DNA of 64,000 bases from Eledone cirrhosa (Eukaryota). How positions within the stretch are numbered: the first letter of the stretch is position 1; the number at the start of each line of letters is the position of its first letter. The stretch spans positions 2,356,001 through 2,420,000 of the forward strand of contig OZ024758.1 of NCBI GenBank assembly GCA_964016885.1, written 5' to 3'. Position numbers and translations under genes: made by a program. The notes below the pieces were generated by a model. The model was not told where the DNA came from. It saw only the letters and a list, made by a program, of their open reading frames with translations, and ran no database searches. Below, one piece after another: positions 20,326-32,448 of this stretch.

Positions 20326-20541
20326 TATATATATTTTATTCATAAATTGTAGTATCACACATCTTAATATCTCTATAACTGTTACATTAAGCAACGTCTT
20401 TCTTACTCGCACTTTCTCTATTGAATTTATTACGTTTTCGCATTTTCTCATTATTAGGGTATAAATGTTAAATTTTTCTTGGGTTAATCACTACCTTGAT
20501 TAAATCTTAACCATTTAACATCTCAGGGTATGTCATGTATC

Positions 20542-20604
20542 ATTATATTTTGTCTGATGTGGACGTACTGTTGTACATCCGAAATATGTATAATAAAATG
20601 TAAT
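20542..20604 (+). ncRNA. Type I hammerhead motif (family D, copy 2; A9U)
   Basis: AUUAUAUUUUGU-CUGAUGU-GGAcGUAC uguu GUACaUCC-GAAA-UAUGUA-UA^-AUAAAAUGUAAU. Confidence 0.7.
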
Positions 20605-20658
20605 TGATCAAAAGAACATCTATTTTATTAATATTTGTATTTTAATATATATAAGATA

Positions 20659-20744
20659 TAAAAAGATATTTGTTGTTTCTTTACAAATTGCGTGTTATAA
20701 GGAAAATAGCGAAAACCTATATATATATATATATGTGTGTGTGC

Positions 20745-20824
<80 letters not shown>

Positions 20825-20910
20825 GCACACACACATATATATATATATATAGGTTTTCGCTATTTTCCTTATAACACGCAATTTGTAAAGAAACAACAAA
20901 TATCTTTTTA
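20659..20910. repeat. Perfect 252 bp palindrome centred in (TA)n
   Basis: Arms mirror exactly, including microsatellite interruptions (ttt 20762-64 / aaa 20805-07). Confidence 0.95.
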
Positions 20911-20944
20911 CTATATGTGTGTGTATGTGTGTGTGTGTGTGTAT

Positions 20945-20992
<48 letters not shown>

Positions 20993-21024
20993 GTAGAGAG
21001 AGAGAGTGAGTGATAGGTTGGTAT

Positions 21025-21073
<49 letters not shown>

Positions 21074-21578
21074 AAGATTGATAAAACTTTCCTTCCTGTA
21101 ACTTTTTTAAAGACTATTACTTTAAAACTTACAATAGGGCGCGCGCACAGACACACACGTATGTGTGTCTGTGTGTGTGTATGTGTGTCTGCCTTTGTGT
21201 GAGTAAGTCTGTATGTGTGCATGTGTGTATGTATGTATGTGTGTGTGTACAGGTGTTAGCACTATCACAGTCTTTAGATGAGACAACAGGATATATTTAC
21301 ATGCACATACAATTATATCCGTTCTCTCACACATAAAGAGAAGAAGGTGTATGTATAGTGACATATAAGGTAACATAGCCATGAAGGTATAGACACAATT
21401 ACATAAAGTATCTATGTGGAGGTGAGCAACAGGTGACTACTACTGGCTTCTCAGAGAGCTGGGGGTTAACATTTGTCTCAGGTAAGTTTATTACAGGATG
21501 CAATGGGCATAAGTAATACACATAACCCCACCTAACATAAAGGTACACTCGCACACACACACACACACAGACGAACTC

Positions 21579-21633
<55 letters not shown>

Positions 21634-21756
21634 TATATCAATTGTTAAAGACTTTTTGTAGACTTTATATCATTCACTCTAGTTGTTCTCTACCCCCTTG
21701 TAATTGAAAACATAACCCCTTTTTGTGTTTTCTTTATATACTGTATTATATATATA

Positions 21757-22216
21757 CAATTGTCTCCCGGTATTCGCGGGGCTTACGTTCCTAGAGCACC
21801 AATGAAGAGTGAAAAACCGCGACGTGGTCCATAAAAATGCCTATAAGCGTCAAAATATAACGTAAAATATAATAGAAAAAAATGTATGTATATATATAGA
21901 GAGTGAGAATCCGCGAATATTGGACGTGGTCCATAAAAATGTCTAGAAACGTCAAAATATAACGTAAAATATAATAAAAAGAAAAGGGCTAGCGTCTTAT
22001 GCGAAGGAGCGTCCAATAGGCCGGCAAATACGGTATATTATTATTAATAATTTAGCGTTAAAATATATATATATATTGCCACGAAAAAAGCCATAAGAAA
22101 TCGTGAAAGATATTTACGATGCCGAAAATATCTGATAGATTCCACGAAGAATTATTAGTAAGTTTCCAAGGAAAATTCCGTGAATAACCAGGACCGCGAA
22201 TACCAGGGATTCACTG
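21757..22216. mobile_element. Tigger/pogo-like MITE
   Basis: TA|caattgtctcccggtattcgcgg ... ccgcgaataccagggattcactg|TA; internal ~100 bp period duplication at 21821/21923. Confidence 0.75.
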
Positions 22217-22228
22217 TATATATATATT

Positions 22229-22259
<31 letters not shown>

Positions 22260-22268
<9 letters not shown>

Positions 22269-22390
22269 CATATATATAAAGACATATATATATACATATA
22301 TATATAAAGACATATATATATAAAGACATATATATATACATATATATATATATAAAGACATATATATATATACATATATATATATATAAA

Positions 22391-22447
<57 letters not shown>

Positions 22448-22722
22448 ACATATATATATACATATATATATATAAAGACATATATATATACATATATATA
22501 TATAAAGACATATATATATACATATATATATATAAAGACATATATATATACATATATATATATATAAAGACATATATATATACATATATATATAAAGACA
22601 TATATATATACATATATATATAAAGACATATATATATACATATATATATATACATATATATATAAAGACATATATACATATATATATAAAGACATATATA
22701 TATACATATATATATAAAGACA
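22260..22722. repeat. ~28-30 bp minisatellite aaagac(AT)nac(AT)n
   Basis: Seen directly. Confidence 0.9.
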
Positions 22723-22773
22723 AAATTATACACCTCAACAACATATGTACTTGTCTATACCACACTAATTCGA

Positions 22774-22830
22774 ACTGCCTGAAGAGGTCACAGCCAAAGA
22801 TGGCTGTCACCGAAATATATATATAGCAGT
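22774..22830 (+). ncRNA. Type I hammerhead ribozyme with intact core (family A)
   Basis: ACUGC-CUGAAGA-GGUcACAGCCA aaga UGGCUGUcACC-GAAA-UAUAUAUA-UA^-GCAGU, followed by AATAAA; predicted cut after 22825. Confidence 0.85.
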
Positions 22831-22990
22831 AATAAACGAAGCTAAATTTTAAACATTTGACTTTTTATTTAACTTTATTTTACATTACTCCGGAGTAACC
22901 AAACCAACCTGCGCACTTCGTCGAGTGCTCCAGCCTGCATACTGAGGTTTTGGTATACAACCAACATATACTCAAAATTTATATATACAC

Positions 22991-23052
<62 letters not shown>

Positions 23053-23419
23053 ATACTTGGGAGGGTCATATTGTTGTAATAATATTGCCAGAATTAATAA
23101 CAGACTCACTGTTTGGTTTGTTTTCGCTTCTGTATCTTTTATATCAGTTAATTTATTCTGTCCTCAATGTTTACCAACGGTCAAAAATACAGATATAATA
23201 TAGATACAAACACATATATATAGTCTAACAAAGTTGTGTCGTTGCACATCTGCAACATCGTCAGTGGTGCTATTATGTTTCCTCCTGTTGTATTGTATGT
23301 CTACGCCATCTTTATTTAATCTTTATTGTATGTCTACCCCATCTTTATTTAATGATCTCTGAGTTCAAATCCTGCCGAATTCAACTTTGTCATTCATCCT
23401 TTCATGATTATTTTCTTTT

Positions 23420-23509
23420 ATATCTCAGTATCACTTCCTCTATCTCAGTATCACTTCCGCTATCTCAGTATCACTTCCGCTATCTCAGTACCACTTCCGC
23501 TATCTCAGT
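23420..23509. repeat. 20 bp tandem repeat tatctcagtatcacttccgc, x4.5
   Basis: Seen directly. Confidence 0.9.
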
Positions 23510-23689
23510 CTTTAATCTTCTCTGGGAGAAATTGACTGTGTTAAGACCTGGAAAGTGATAGGAGTCGTCAGTTTTAAATCCTCCAGGACACATCGTATGT
23601 CACAACGATACAACTACGACTCCATATGTTGCTAACTAGTCAGATCTTAAATTAATGTCGCCAATGTAATATAAAAGATAATATTTTAC

Positions 23690-23927
23690 ATTTTTGAATG
23701 TGAATGTTCTCTCCGTGACCAATACAGCATATGTATTATCACTAGAAGCTTCGTACACTGAGCCATAAGAACATGGAGCAATCACTCTGTAGTTCTTGTT
23801 GAAGCCATCGTTAACAAAAGAATCCAATTGACGTTGAGCACATAAAAATAGTCAGCTACTTTTTCCTTCTGTATTGCTAATTACAAGAGATCGACCAACT
23901 CTGTTTTTCTGCCAGAGAGCCGAATGT
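23690..23927 (-). pseudogene. Exon-like island; 79-codon frame with one internal TGA
   Basis: Acceptor ttcatttcaacag, possible donor AT|gtaaaa; no recognised homology. Confidence 0.2.
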
Positions 23928-24214
23928 CTGTTGAAATGAATATAAAAAACACAAAGTATCCTCACTCATATAAAGTTACTTGTATTCCTGTATACAATTG
24001 GATTAAATTTATTCTTAGTCTGCTGGGAGACAAGATGACACGATAAATATTTACATGCATATCGAATTAATAGCCGATCGATTACAAACAGCATTGCATA
24101 TTGAAAGAGTTTTCGATATATTTTAACCTGAAATACGTATATATGTAGCATATACGGCAATTGAAATTAGTGTACAATATTCTGTCCCACCGGGACCGCG
24201 GGGCGGCCAGCGCG

Positions 24215-24402
24215 TGGGCCCCCATTTGATCATAATAGTGAGAGATGGGGAGAGAGGGAGAGACGGAGGCAGTGACAGTAGGAATTTGGTTGTTTTGTGT
24301 TCGGACCTGGTACATGGGTCCCCATTTGCTCACAATAGTGAGAGATGGGGAGAGCGGGAGGGATGGAGACAGTATCAGTGGGAGTTTGGTTCTTTTGTGT
24401 TC
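24215..24402. repeat. ~100 bp period tandem duplication
   Basis: tggg(c/t)cccatttg.tca.aatagtgagagatgggg...tttggtt.ttttgtgttc, x2. Confidence 0.85.
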
Positions 24403-25504
24403 ACAATTAAAACCGTTCCAGCCGTGTCTACCTCATTTTATTTTCAGACCTAATATACCAAGAACAAAATCACCCAATATTTTCCTCTGGTAGCAGTAAA
24501 ATGATATCAAAAGTTGGCTGACATTTCCAAATTCAAGCAAGTGGACCCATTGCGCATTTTCGTCATTGGCCCTTAGCTTGTTGCGTTGGTTAGATTATTA
24601 AATGCACTTTCTCACATATTCCCATAGTGATTAAGAACTCGATATACAAGTCAAATGGTGCATACGTAATGCCAATATGTGATTAAAAGGTTTTTAGAAG
24701 ATTATGTTGGTAATAATTTAATATAGTAGATTCAAAATTTACTTTCGTCAAAAAACTGCCTAACGAATTCTGACCCAGATATAGGGCTAATTCTTCGTAA
24801 TCATATATGTGTATATGTGTGTGTGTGTGTATGTGTGGGTGTGTGTGTATGTGTGTGTGTGGGTGTCTGTGGGTGTGTGGGTGTCTGTGGGTGGGTGCGT
24901 ATGTGTGTGTATGTGTGCGTATGTGTGTGTATGTGTGTGTATGTGTTTGTGTGTGTGTGTGTATATGTGTATGTGTTGGTGTTTGTACATGTGTGTCCGT
25001 AAAGAATCGTGGGTGTCTGTATATCAATCTGTGTGAGTGTGTATGTGTATATGTGTGTGTATATGTGTATATGTGTATATGTGTATATGTGTGTGTGTAT
25101 ATGTGTGTATGTGTTTGTGGATGAGAAAGAAAATAGAAAATATATAGACTATTAAAAATCCATTTATCAAGCCTGGATTATATATATATACATATATATG
25201 TATATACATGTGTATACATACATTATATATATATCTATATGTGTATGTGTGTGTATATATACATTATATATATATGTGTGTATATATATACATTATGTAC
25301 GCGCGCGTGTGTGTGCGTCTTCGTATTTAGTAACTATTTAATGTTTTTATCCTGTCACTGGGTGCAGTCATTAGACTTTGGCGCCACCTTCAATTGATTT
25401 AGTCAACTATATCGACCCCAAGACTTATCAAAACTGGTGTTTATTTTTATCGATATCTGCTTATCGAGCCTCTAAGTTACAGGAACATACATACGTGTGT
25501 AGAT

Positions 25505-25536
<32 letters not shown>

Positions 25537-25539
25537 CTA

Positions 25540-25620
25540 GGAAAAAGTATGACCCCGCGGGCAGAGCTCAGGCCGTTTCGACGGCTATTTCTAGAAATAG
25601 CCGTCGAAACGGCTTGAGCT
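25540..25620. mobile_element. Family J fold-back fragment
   Basis: agctca.gccgtttcgacggctatttc-ta-gaaatagccgtcgaaacggcttgagct. Confidence 0.8.
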
Positions 25621-25732
25621 TATTTGCATAGGGAACGTTTCCACAAACCAAAGTATCGTCTTCCTGTCTTCCTCCGATTGCAACGTTTTTTGAAATATCC
25701 ACTTCTGCGTTCACAGATTGACTTTGTTAGTT

Positions 25733-25795
25733 TCAGAAGATCCCGTTAAGGGTGAAAGCAGCGATTTTTTGCTTAAACTTTAATCTGTTATTTTA

Positions 25796-25800
<5 letters not shown>
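25733..25800 (+). mobile_element. Family K fragment with degenerate hammerhead-like motif
   Basis: cagaaga-tccc gttaa gggt-gaaa-gc; shares gattctttgcttaaactttaatctgttattttaa with 54373-54422 (+) and 27459-27495 (-). Confidence 0.5.
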
Positions 25801-25868
<68 letters not shown>

Positions 25869-26504
25869 TATATCGCATTACAGCAGATACCAATCGAATT
25901 GTTTGAGGAGGCCACAAAGCAATCAATGTCGTGAAAAGTTAATATATATTCGTCCAGAGTAAACACAAAGTTAAGAAACTGCCACACCAAAACAAGGAAC
26001 CACAAACATGTGACCATACTTCTATACTGACACCACAATAACGATTAAATAACAGATCGAAGACTAACATGCGCCATCTCCAGTAGAAAGAGAGGGATAA
26101 CAAAATCTTCTATAGGTTTCTGGGTCAACGGAAAGCTGCACCACGAATTGCATAATGCATATATAAATTCCCTTGTGTCATCATGTGACTTTTCTCAAAA
26201 GAGGAAGTTCAAGTTGGCCGAACTGTTGGCGGCTAAATTCAGTGTGTGAACAAAGAAATTATCACAGCCTCAAATGAAATCTCTCAATTACCGTTTATAA
26301 ACAAATATAACTAACAAATTATCAATCAAGTATATATATATAAATATATATATATATATACTTGATGTTCAATTTGTCAAGCTATTTAAACGTATGTTAT
26401 TACTCTAAGGACCTACCCTTATTGAGTGCTTTACTAACTCATTCCTATTGTAGGTCGACTTTGCTTGGCCACAGCCAAAGCTTCGATTTTACTAAGCTTC
26501 CACT

Positions 26505-26552
<48 letters not shown>

Positions 26553-26949
26553 TCCTTCGTGTTTATGTGTAGTTCAAGTTAAAACAAATACACACACGAA
26601 GAATGTTGGCACAAAACCTTATTAGCTTCACACTATAGAGAAGAGAAAAAAGTGTTTATTTTTCCTCCTCAACGTATCGGGTGTTAGTCCTTTGTCAAGA
26701 AATAAATTCGCAGAAAAAAGGGACAAGAAAAAGAAAAAGAAGTCCACGTGAGTGTGTGTTATTTTATATCCTTTGTGTGTATGAGTGTCCACGGTAATGT
26801 GTTGGAGTGATATATACATCGTTCGTGATGGTGTGTGTGTTGTTTGCGTTTGCGTGTGTGCGTGTGTGTGTCTGTGATGTGTGTGTGTGTTGTTTGTATT
26901 TGTGTACAGCCTGTATGCGTGTCACATATATTTTAATATATATATATGA

Positions 26950-27095
26950 GAAAGTCGGATCCCCGACTGCTGAGCTCTTGCCGTTTCAACAGCTAGTCCT
27001 GACTCTTTATAATATAACCATGCTCTACTACCCCAAGTATTGAGTACTCTGGTGAGTAATGGTCTAACAGGTTTTTACTGCACCCCTTTTAATTT
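26950..27095. mobile_element. Family J diverged copy with inverted end
   Basis: ccccgactgctgagctcttgccgtttcaacagcta followed by ...ctctactaccccaagtattgagtactctggtg. Confidence 0.7.
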
Positions 27096-27183
27096 ATATA
27101 TATATATATAATAAAATAAGGAATTACAAACACACACACACACAGACACACACATACACACACATATATATATATTTAATAAA

Positions 27184-27253
27184 ACTCAGACCATAAAGGG
27201 CCGTAACTCTTTGCTGCAAAGCATGGCGTCCGACCCTCTACCGATACTGCCAA
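27184..27253 (-). mobile_element. SINE family A, 5' fragment
   Basis: actcagaccataaagggccgtaactct...gaccctctaccgatactgcca. Confidence 0.8.
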
Positions 27254-27264
27254 TATTTAATAAT

Positions 27265-27306
<42 letters not shown>

Positions 27307-27499
27307 GCATGTGTGTGTGTGTGTATGTATATATTTAATAATATATGGGATATATATATATATATATATGCATGTGTGTGTGTGTGTGTGTGTATGTATA
27401 TATATATTTAATAATATATGGGATATATATATATATATATATTTAAAAAAAAAAAAATTAAAATAACAGATTAAAGTTTAAGCAAAGAATCGCTATTTA

Positions 27500-27584
<85 letters not shown>

Positions 27585-27910
27585 CATAAACATATATATA
27601 TATAATATATATCCACAAACGGAGCTTCTTACAGTTTGTTTGAAACAATAATTCGTAACAAAACTGTTTACGGAACTCAGTATTTAATTAAACCAAGATT
27701 TAGAACAACAATTGTAGTCGGCATAGCAACTGGTAACAATACACGACTGTGAGAGTGGTGTGTGTGTGTGTGTGTGATGTGTGTATGTGTGTGTGTGTGT
27801 GTGTGTGCGTGTGTGTGTGTCTTCAGATGTCCGTTAGTGTGTGTTTGTGCGTGTGTGTGTTTATTAGTATGTGCGTTAAAGATATTTTTGTTATATGTAT
27901 ATATATATGT

Positions 27911-27964
<54 letters not shown>

Positions 27965-28351
27965 GTGTTTTATATATATATTTTCTTACAAGTGTATATG
28001 TGATTATATGTTTTTGATGTATATTTTCTTATTGTTGTGTATATGTTACATATATGTGTATATATGTGTATTATGTATATTTTCTTACTAGTGTATATAT
28101 GTGTATGTATATATGTTATGTATATTTTGTTGCTAGTGTATATATATGTATGTGTATATGTTATGTATATTTTGTTGCTCGTGTATATATATATGTGTGT
28201 GTATATGTATGTCAATTGTTTTATATATTGTAGACTGAACAACTGCTGTATATATACCTTACTGTGTATATATACCTTACTGTATAAACTGTATAAACTG
28301 TATAAACTGTAAATCACACCATGATCAACGAAACAGGAAGGTGTTACTTAA

Positions 28352-29545
28352 CCCCAGTGGATGAAGGAAGTCCTTCCCTGTCAATATAACCCAGTCTCTT
28401 ACCCCCTAGTGGATGAAGGAAGTCCTTCCCTGTCAATATAACCCAGTCTCTTACCCCCCAGTGGATGAAGGAAGTCCTTCCCTGTCAATATAACCCAGTC
28501 TCTTACCCCCTAGTGGATGAAGGAAGTCCTTCCCTGTCAATATAACCCAGTCTCTTACCCCCTAGTGGATGAAGGAAGTCCTTCCCTGTCAATATAACCC
28601 AGTCTCTTACCCCCTAGTGGATGAAGGAAGTCCTTCCCTGTCAATATAACCCAGTCTCTTACCCCCTAGTGGATGAAGGAAGTCCTTCCCTGTCAATATA
28701 ACCCAGTCTCTTACCCCCTAGTGGATGAAGGAAGTCCTTCCCTGTCAACATAAGCCAGTCTCTTACCCCCTAGTGGATGAAGGAAGTCCTTCCCTGTCAA
28801 CATAACCCAGTCTCTTACCCCCTAGTGGATGAAGGAAGTCCTTCCCTGTCAACATAACCCAGTCTCTTACCCCCTAGTGGATGAAGGAAGTCCTTCCCTG
28901 TCAACATAACCCAGTCTCTTACCCCCTAGTGGATGAAGGAAGTCCTTCCCTGTCAACATAAGCCAGTCTCTTACCCCCTAGTGGATGAAGGAAGTCCTTC
29001 CCTGTCAACATAACCCAGTCTCTTACCCCCTAGTGGATGAAGGAAGTCCTTCCCTGTCAACATAACCCAGTCTCTTACCCCCTAGTGGATGAAGGAAGTC
29101 CTTCCCTGTCAACATAACCCAGTCTCTTACCCCCCAGTGGATGAAGGAAGTCCTTCCCTGTCAACATAACCCAGTCTCTTACCCCCTAGTGGATGAAGGA
29201 AGTCCTTCCCTGTCAACATAACCCAGTCTCTTACCCCCTAGTGGATGAAGGAAGTCCTTCCCTGTCAACATAACCCAGTCTCTTACCCCCTAGTGGATGA
29301 AGGAAGTCCTTCCCTGTCAACATAACCCAGTCTCTTACCCCCTAGTGGATGAAGGAAGTCCTTCCCTGTCAACATAACCCAGTCTCTTACCCCCTAGTGG
29401 ATGAAGGAAGTCCTTCCCTGTCAACATAACCCAGTCTCTTACCCCTAGTGGATGAAGGAAGTCCTTCCCTGTCAATATAAGCCAGTCTCTTAACCACCAC
29501 TGGAAGAAGGGAGACCACCGCTGTCAACACAACCCAGTCTCTTAC
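28352..29545. repeat. 52 bp minisatellite, ~22 near-identical copies
   Basis: agtggatgaaggaagtccttccctgtcaa(c/t)ataacccagtctcttaccccct; 28381 to 28641 = 5x52. Confidence 0.97.
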
Positions 29546-29828
29546 TGGGTATGTCCATGCTGACTGAAATGACCTCATAATAAATGTAATACTACATAAA
29601 GGTTAAGATGTTTATGATAAACTGAAACTTAAATGACGCAATAATTCACACGAAACATGACAGAAGACGTGACAAAACGACAATGGACATCTGCACAGGT
29701 ACCGTCAACCAAATGTCACCCACAAGGCATTATTCAATTCGGCATTGGTACCATGGTCATGAATCTTGGGTAATAACTGAAAGAATATGATCGCAAACAC
29801 AAGCCGCCGAAATGGGGTTCCTCGAAGA

Positions 29829-29983
29829 ATGTTCCAGGCAAGAATCGCTGGACAGATTTTACGGGCAAAACCAACCGGTAGGAAACCCAGGGGTAGACCC
29901 TGAGCAAGATGGTTAAATAACATCCATGAACTTGACTGGCCTTGCTTGGGGATCCAGCTGAATCAGTTGGAGACGGTTGCTAT
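29829..29983 (+). mobile_element. RTE LINE 3' remnant (R1)
   Basis: RIAGQILRAKPTGRKPRGRP*ARWLNNIHELDWPCLGIQ. Confidence 0.8.
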
Positions 29984-30564
29984 CGAGTAACAGCACATAT
30001 ACTCAGAAATATTCAATCTATCTTGTTGTGACTGGACTGGCAATATAAGACCCCATAATAATCATATTTACAGTACAAACCATCCATAAAAATATAAAGT
30101 GAATACTAAGACATATTTCGTTTCTTCATAATTCGAAGCTATCAATAAAGTTTTAAAGAAATAGCTGTGCAGACATATCTGATGGGTTAGATATACTATT
30201 TCGCTGCATATACAAAGAAGATAAATTCGTTTCCGACATCAAAACCTTTCGTGGGACGTCGAGAATAAAAGATGCATTCTAATATCTTTTTACTCTGCCA
30301 ACCAACAGAATTTTAAAGTCATTTTCTTGTATCTTATGTTGCTTATTGCTGTTGTTCAACTGGTGTTGATTTTTTGTATCTGTTTAACTTGTTAAGCGAA
30401 TGTTTGTCAAACTTTATATGACCCTATTCAAAGCAATGGTTCCCAAACAATAAACGGTTTTGTCTATCTAGTTAACAGCTAAACGCCGACCAGACAGGAA
30501 ATATAGACAAATTATTTCTCTACGAAATGAGAGCCGTAATTAATGCAAACTTTTTTTCACGTGC

Positions 30565-30930
30565 AGACACATACCTACACATATAGACATAACATGCATA
30601 TATATACATGTACACATACCTACACATATAGACATAACATGCATATATATAGATGTACACATACCTACACATATAGACATAACATGCATATATATACATG
30701 TACACATACCTACACATATAGACATAACATGCATATATATACATGTACATATACCTACACATATAGACATAACATGCATATATATACATGTACATATACC
30801 AACACATAGACATATACATGCATATATATATACATGTACATTTACCAACACATGTAGACATAAAATGCATATATATATACATGTACGTATACCAACACAT
30901 ATAGACATATACATGCATATATACATGTAT
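30565..30930. repeat. 45 bp minisatellite
   Basis: Units start at 30571, 30616 and 30661. Confidence 0.9.
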
Positions 30931-31139
30931 ATATATATATATACCTAGACAAATAGACATATACATGTTCATATACATGTACATAATATATACATGCTCA
31001 TATACAGGTATATACATATATATATACATGCTCATATACAGGTATATATACATGCACATATACATTTATACATACACAATCTCATATACATATATACATT
31101 CTCATATACATATATATACATTCTCATATGTATATATAT

Positions 31140-31750
31140 ACATGCACATATACATGTATATATATATGCACATATATATGCATACATACATGCACATATA
31201 CATGTATACATACATGCACATATACATACATGCACATATATATGTACATACATGTACATATACATGTACATACATGTACATATACATGTATACATACATG
31301 TACATATACATGTATACATACATGTACATATACATGTATACATACATGTACATATACATGTATACATACATGTACATATACATGTACATACATGCACATA
31401 TACATGTATACATACATGCACATATACATGTATACATACATGCACATATACATGTACATACATGTACATATACATGTATACATACATGTACATATACATG
31501 TATACATACATGTACATATACATGTACATACATGTACATATACATGTATACATACATGTACATATATATGTACATACATGCACATATATATGTACATACA
31601 TGCACATATACATGTACATACATGTACATATACATGTATATGTGCATGTATACATACATGTACATATACATATATATGTACATGTATATATACATGTATA
31701 TATACATGTATATATACATGTATATATACATGTATATATACATGTATGTA
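31140..31750. repeat. tacatgtacata / tacatgtataca short-unit satellite
   Basis: Seen directly. Confidence 0.85.
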
Positions 31751-31832
31751 CTGACAGATAGTGTTTACAGTTGGTAGATCTTCTACACCATGTTGTATGT
31801 ACTGAAAGGTTTCCTATGTGTATTAAGATCTC

Positions 31833-32023
31833 GTGGATTGGCAGTATCGGCAGAGGGTCGGACGCCATCCTTTCCAGTATAGAGTTACATCCCTTTGCGG
31901 TCTGAGTTCAAATCACGCCGAGGTTAACTTCGTCTTTCATCCTTACGGGGTCGATAAAGTAAAGTACCAGTAATGCAGTGGGGTAATTGCTAGCCTTGTG
32001 CCGAAAGTAGAAACAATTATTAT
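31833..32023 (+). mobile_element. tRNA-derived SINE family A
   Basis: A box tggcagtatcgg, B box gagttcaaatc, shared 3' end gccttgtgcc..aagtagaaacaattat. Confidence 0.9.
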
Positions 32024-32117
32024 CGTTCATGAATATATTGCTTCATATACAGTGTCTGGCAAAGCTTTATAACAAATGGTTTCCTTGAGGCAACCTCAAC
32101 AACGAACAACAAAAACT

Positions 32118-32448
32118 TAGGGGTTGTAAAAAAAACCCTTAAGAACCATAAAAAAACTCTTAAAAAACAGCTCTTTCTTGCTGTTTTTGTTGTTGATTTT
32201 TGTTGATTTTTGTTGCTGTTTTTGTTGCTGTTTTTGTTGCTGTTTATTGTTTTTTGTTGCTATTTGTTGTTTTTTTGTGGCTGCTGTTTTTGTTGCTGTC
32301 TGTTGTTGCTGTTTTTCGTTGCTGTTTTTTGTTGCCGATTTTGTTGTATTTGTTGCTGTTTGTTTTTGTTGCTGTTTTTTGTTGCTTTCTATTGCTGTTT
32401 TTTAGGACTTTATTTTAGGTTTTTTAAAGGTTTTTTTTACAACCACTA
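32118..32448. mobile_element. MITE-like element with ~50 bp imperfect TIRs and a (GTT/GCT)n interior
   Basis: taggggttgtaaaaaaaacc...aaaaaacagc / gctgtttttt...ggttttttttacaaccacta; no clear TSD. Confidence 0.55.

Noticed and set aside
23880-23927. IRLSGRKTELVDLL resembling part of a SAP domain
   Set aside because: Only 14 residues followed by a stop; could be chance
28352-29545. 52 bp unit as a hammerhead satellite or CRISPR array
   Set aside because: Has GAUGA and a hairpin but no CUGA or GAAA core, and no spacers
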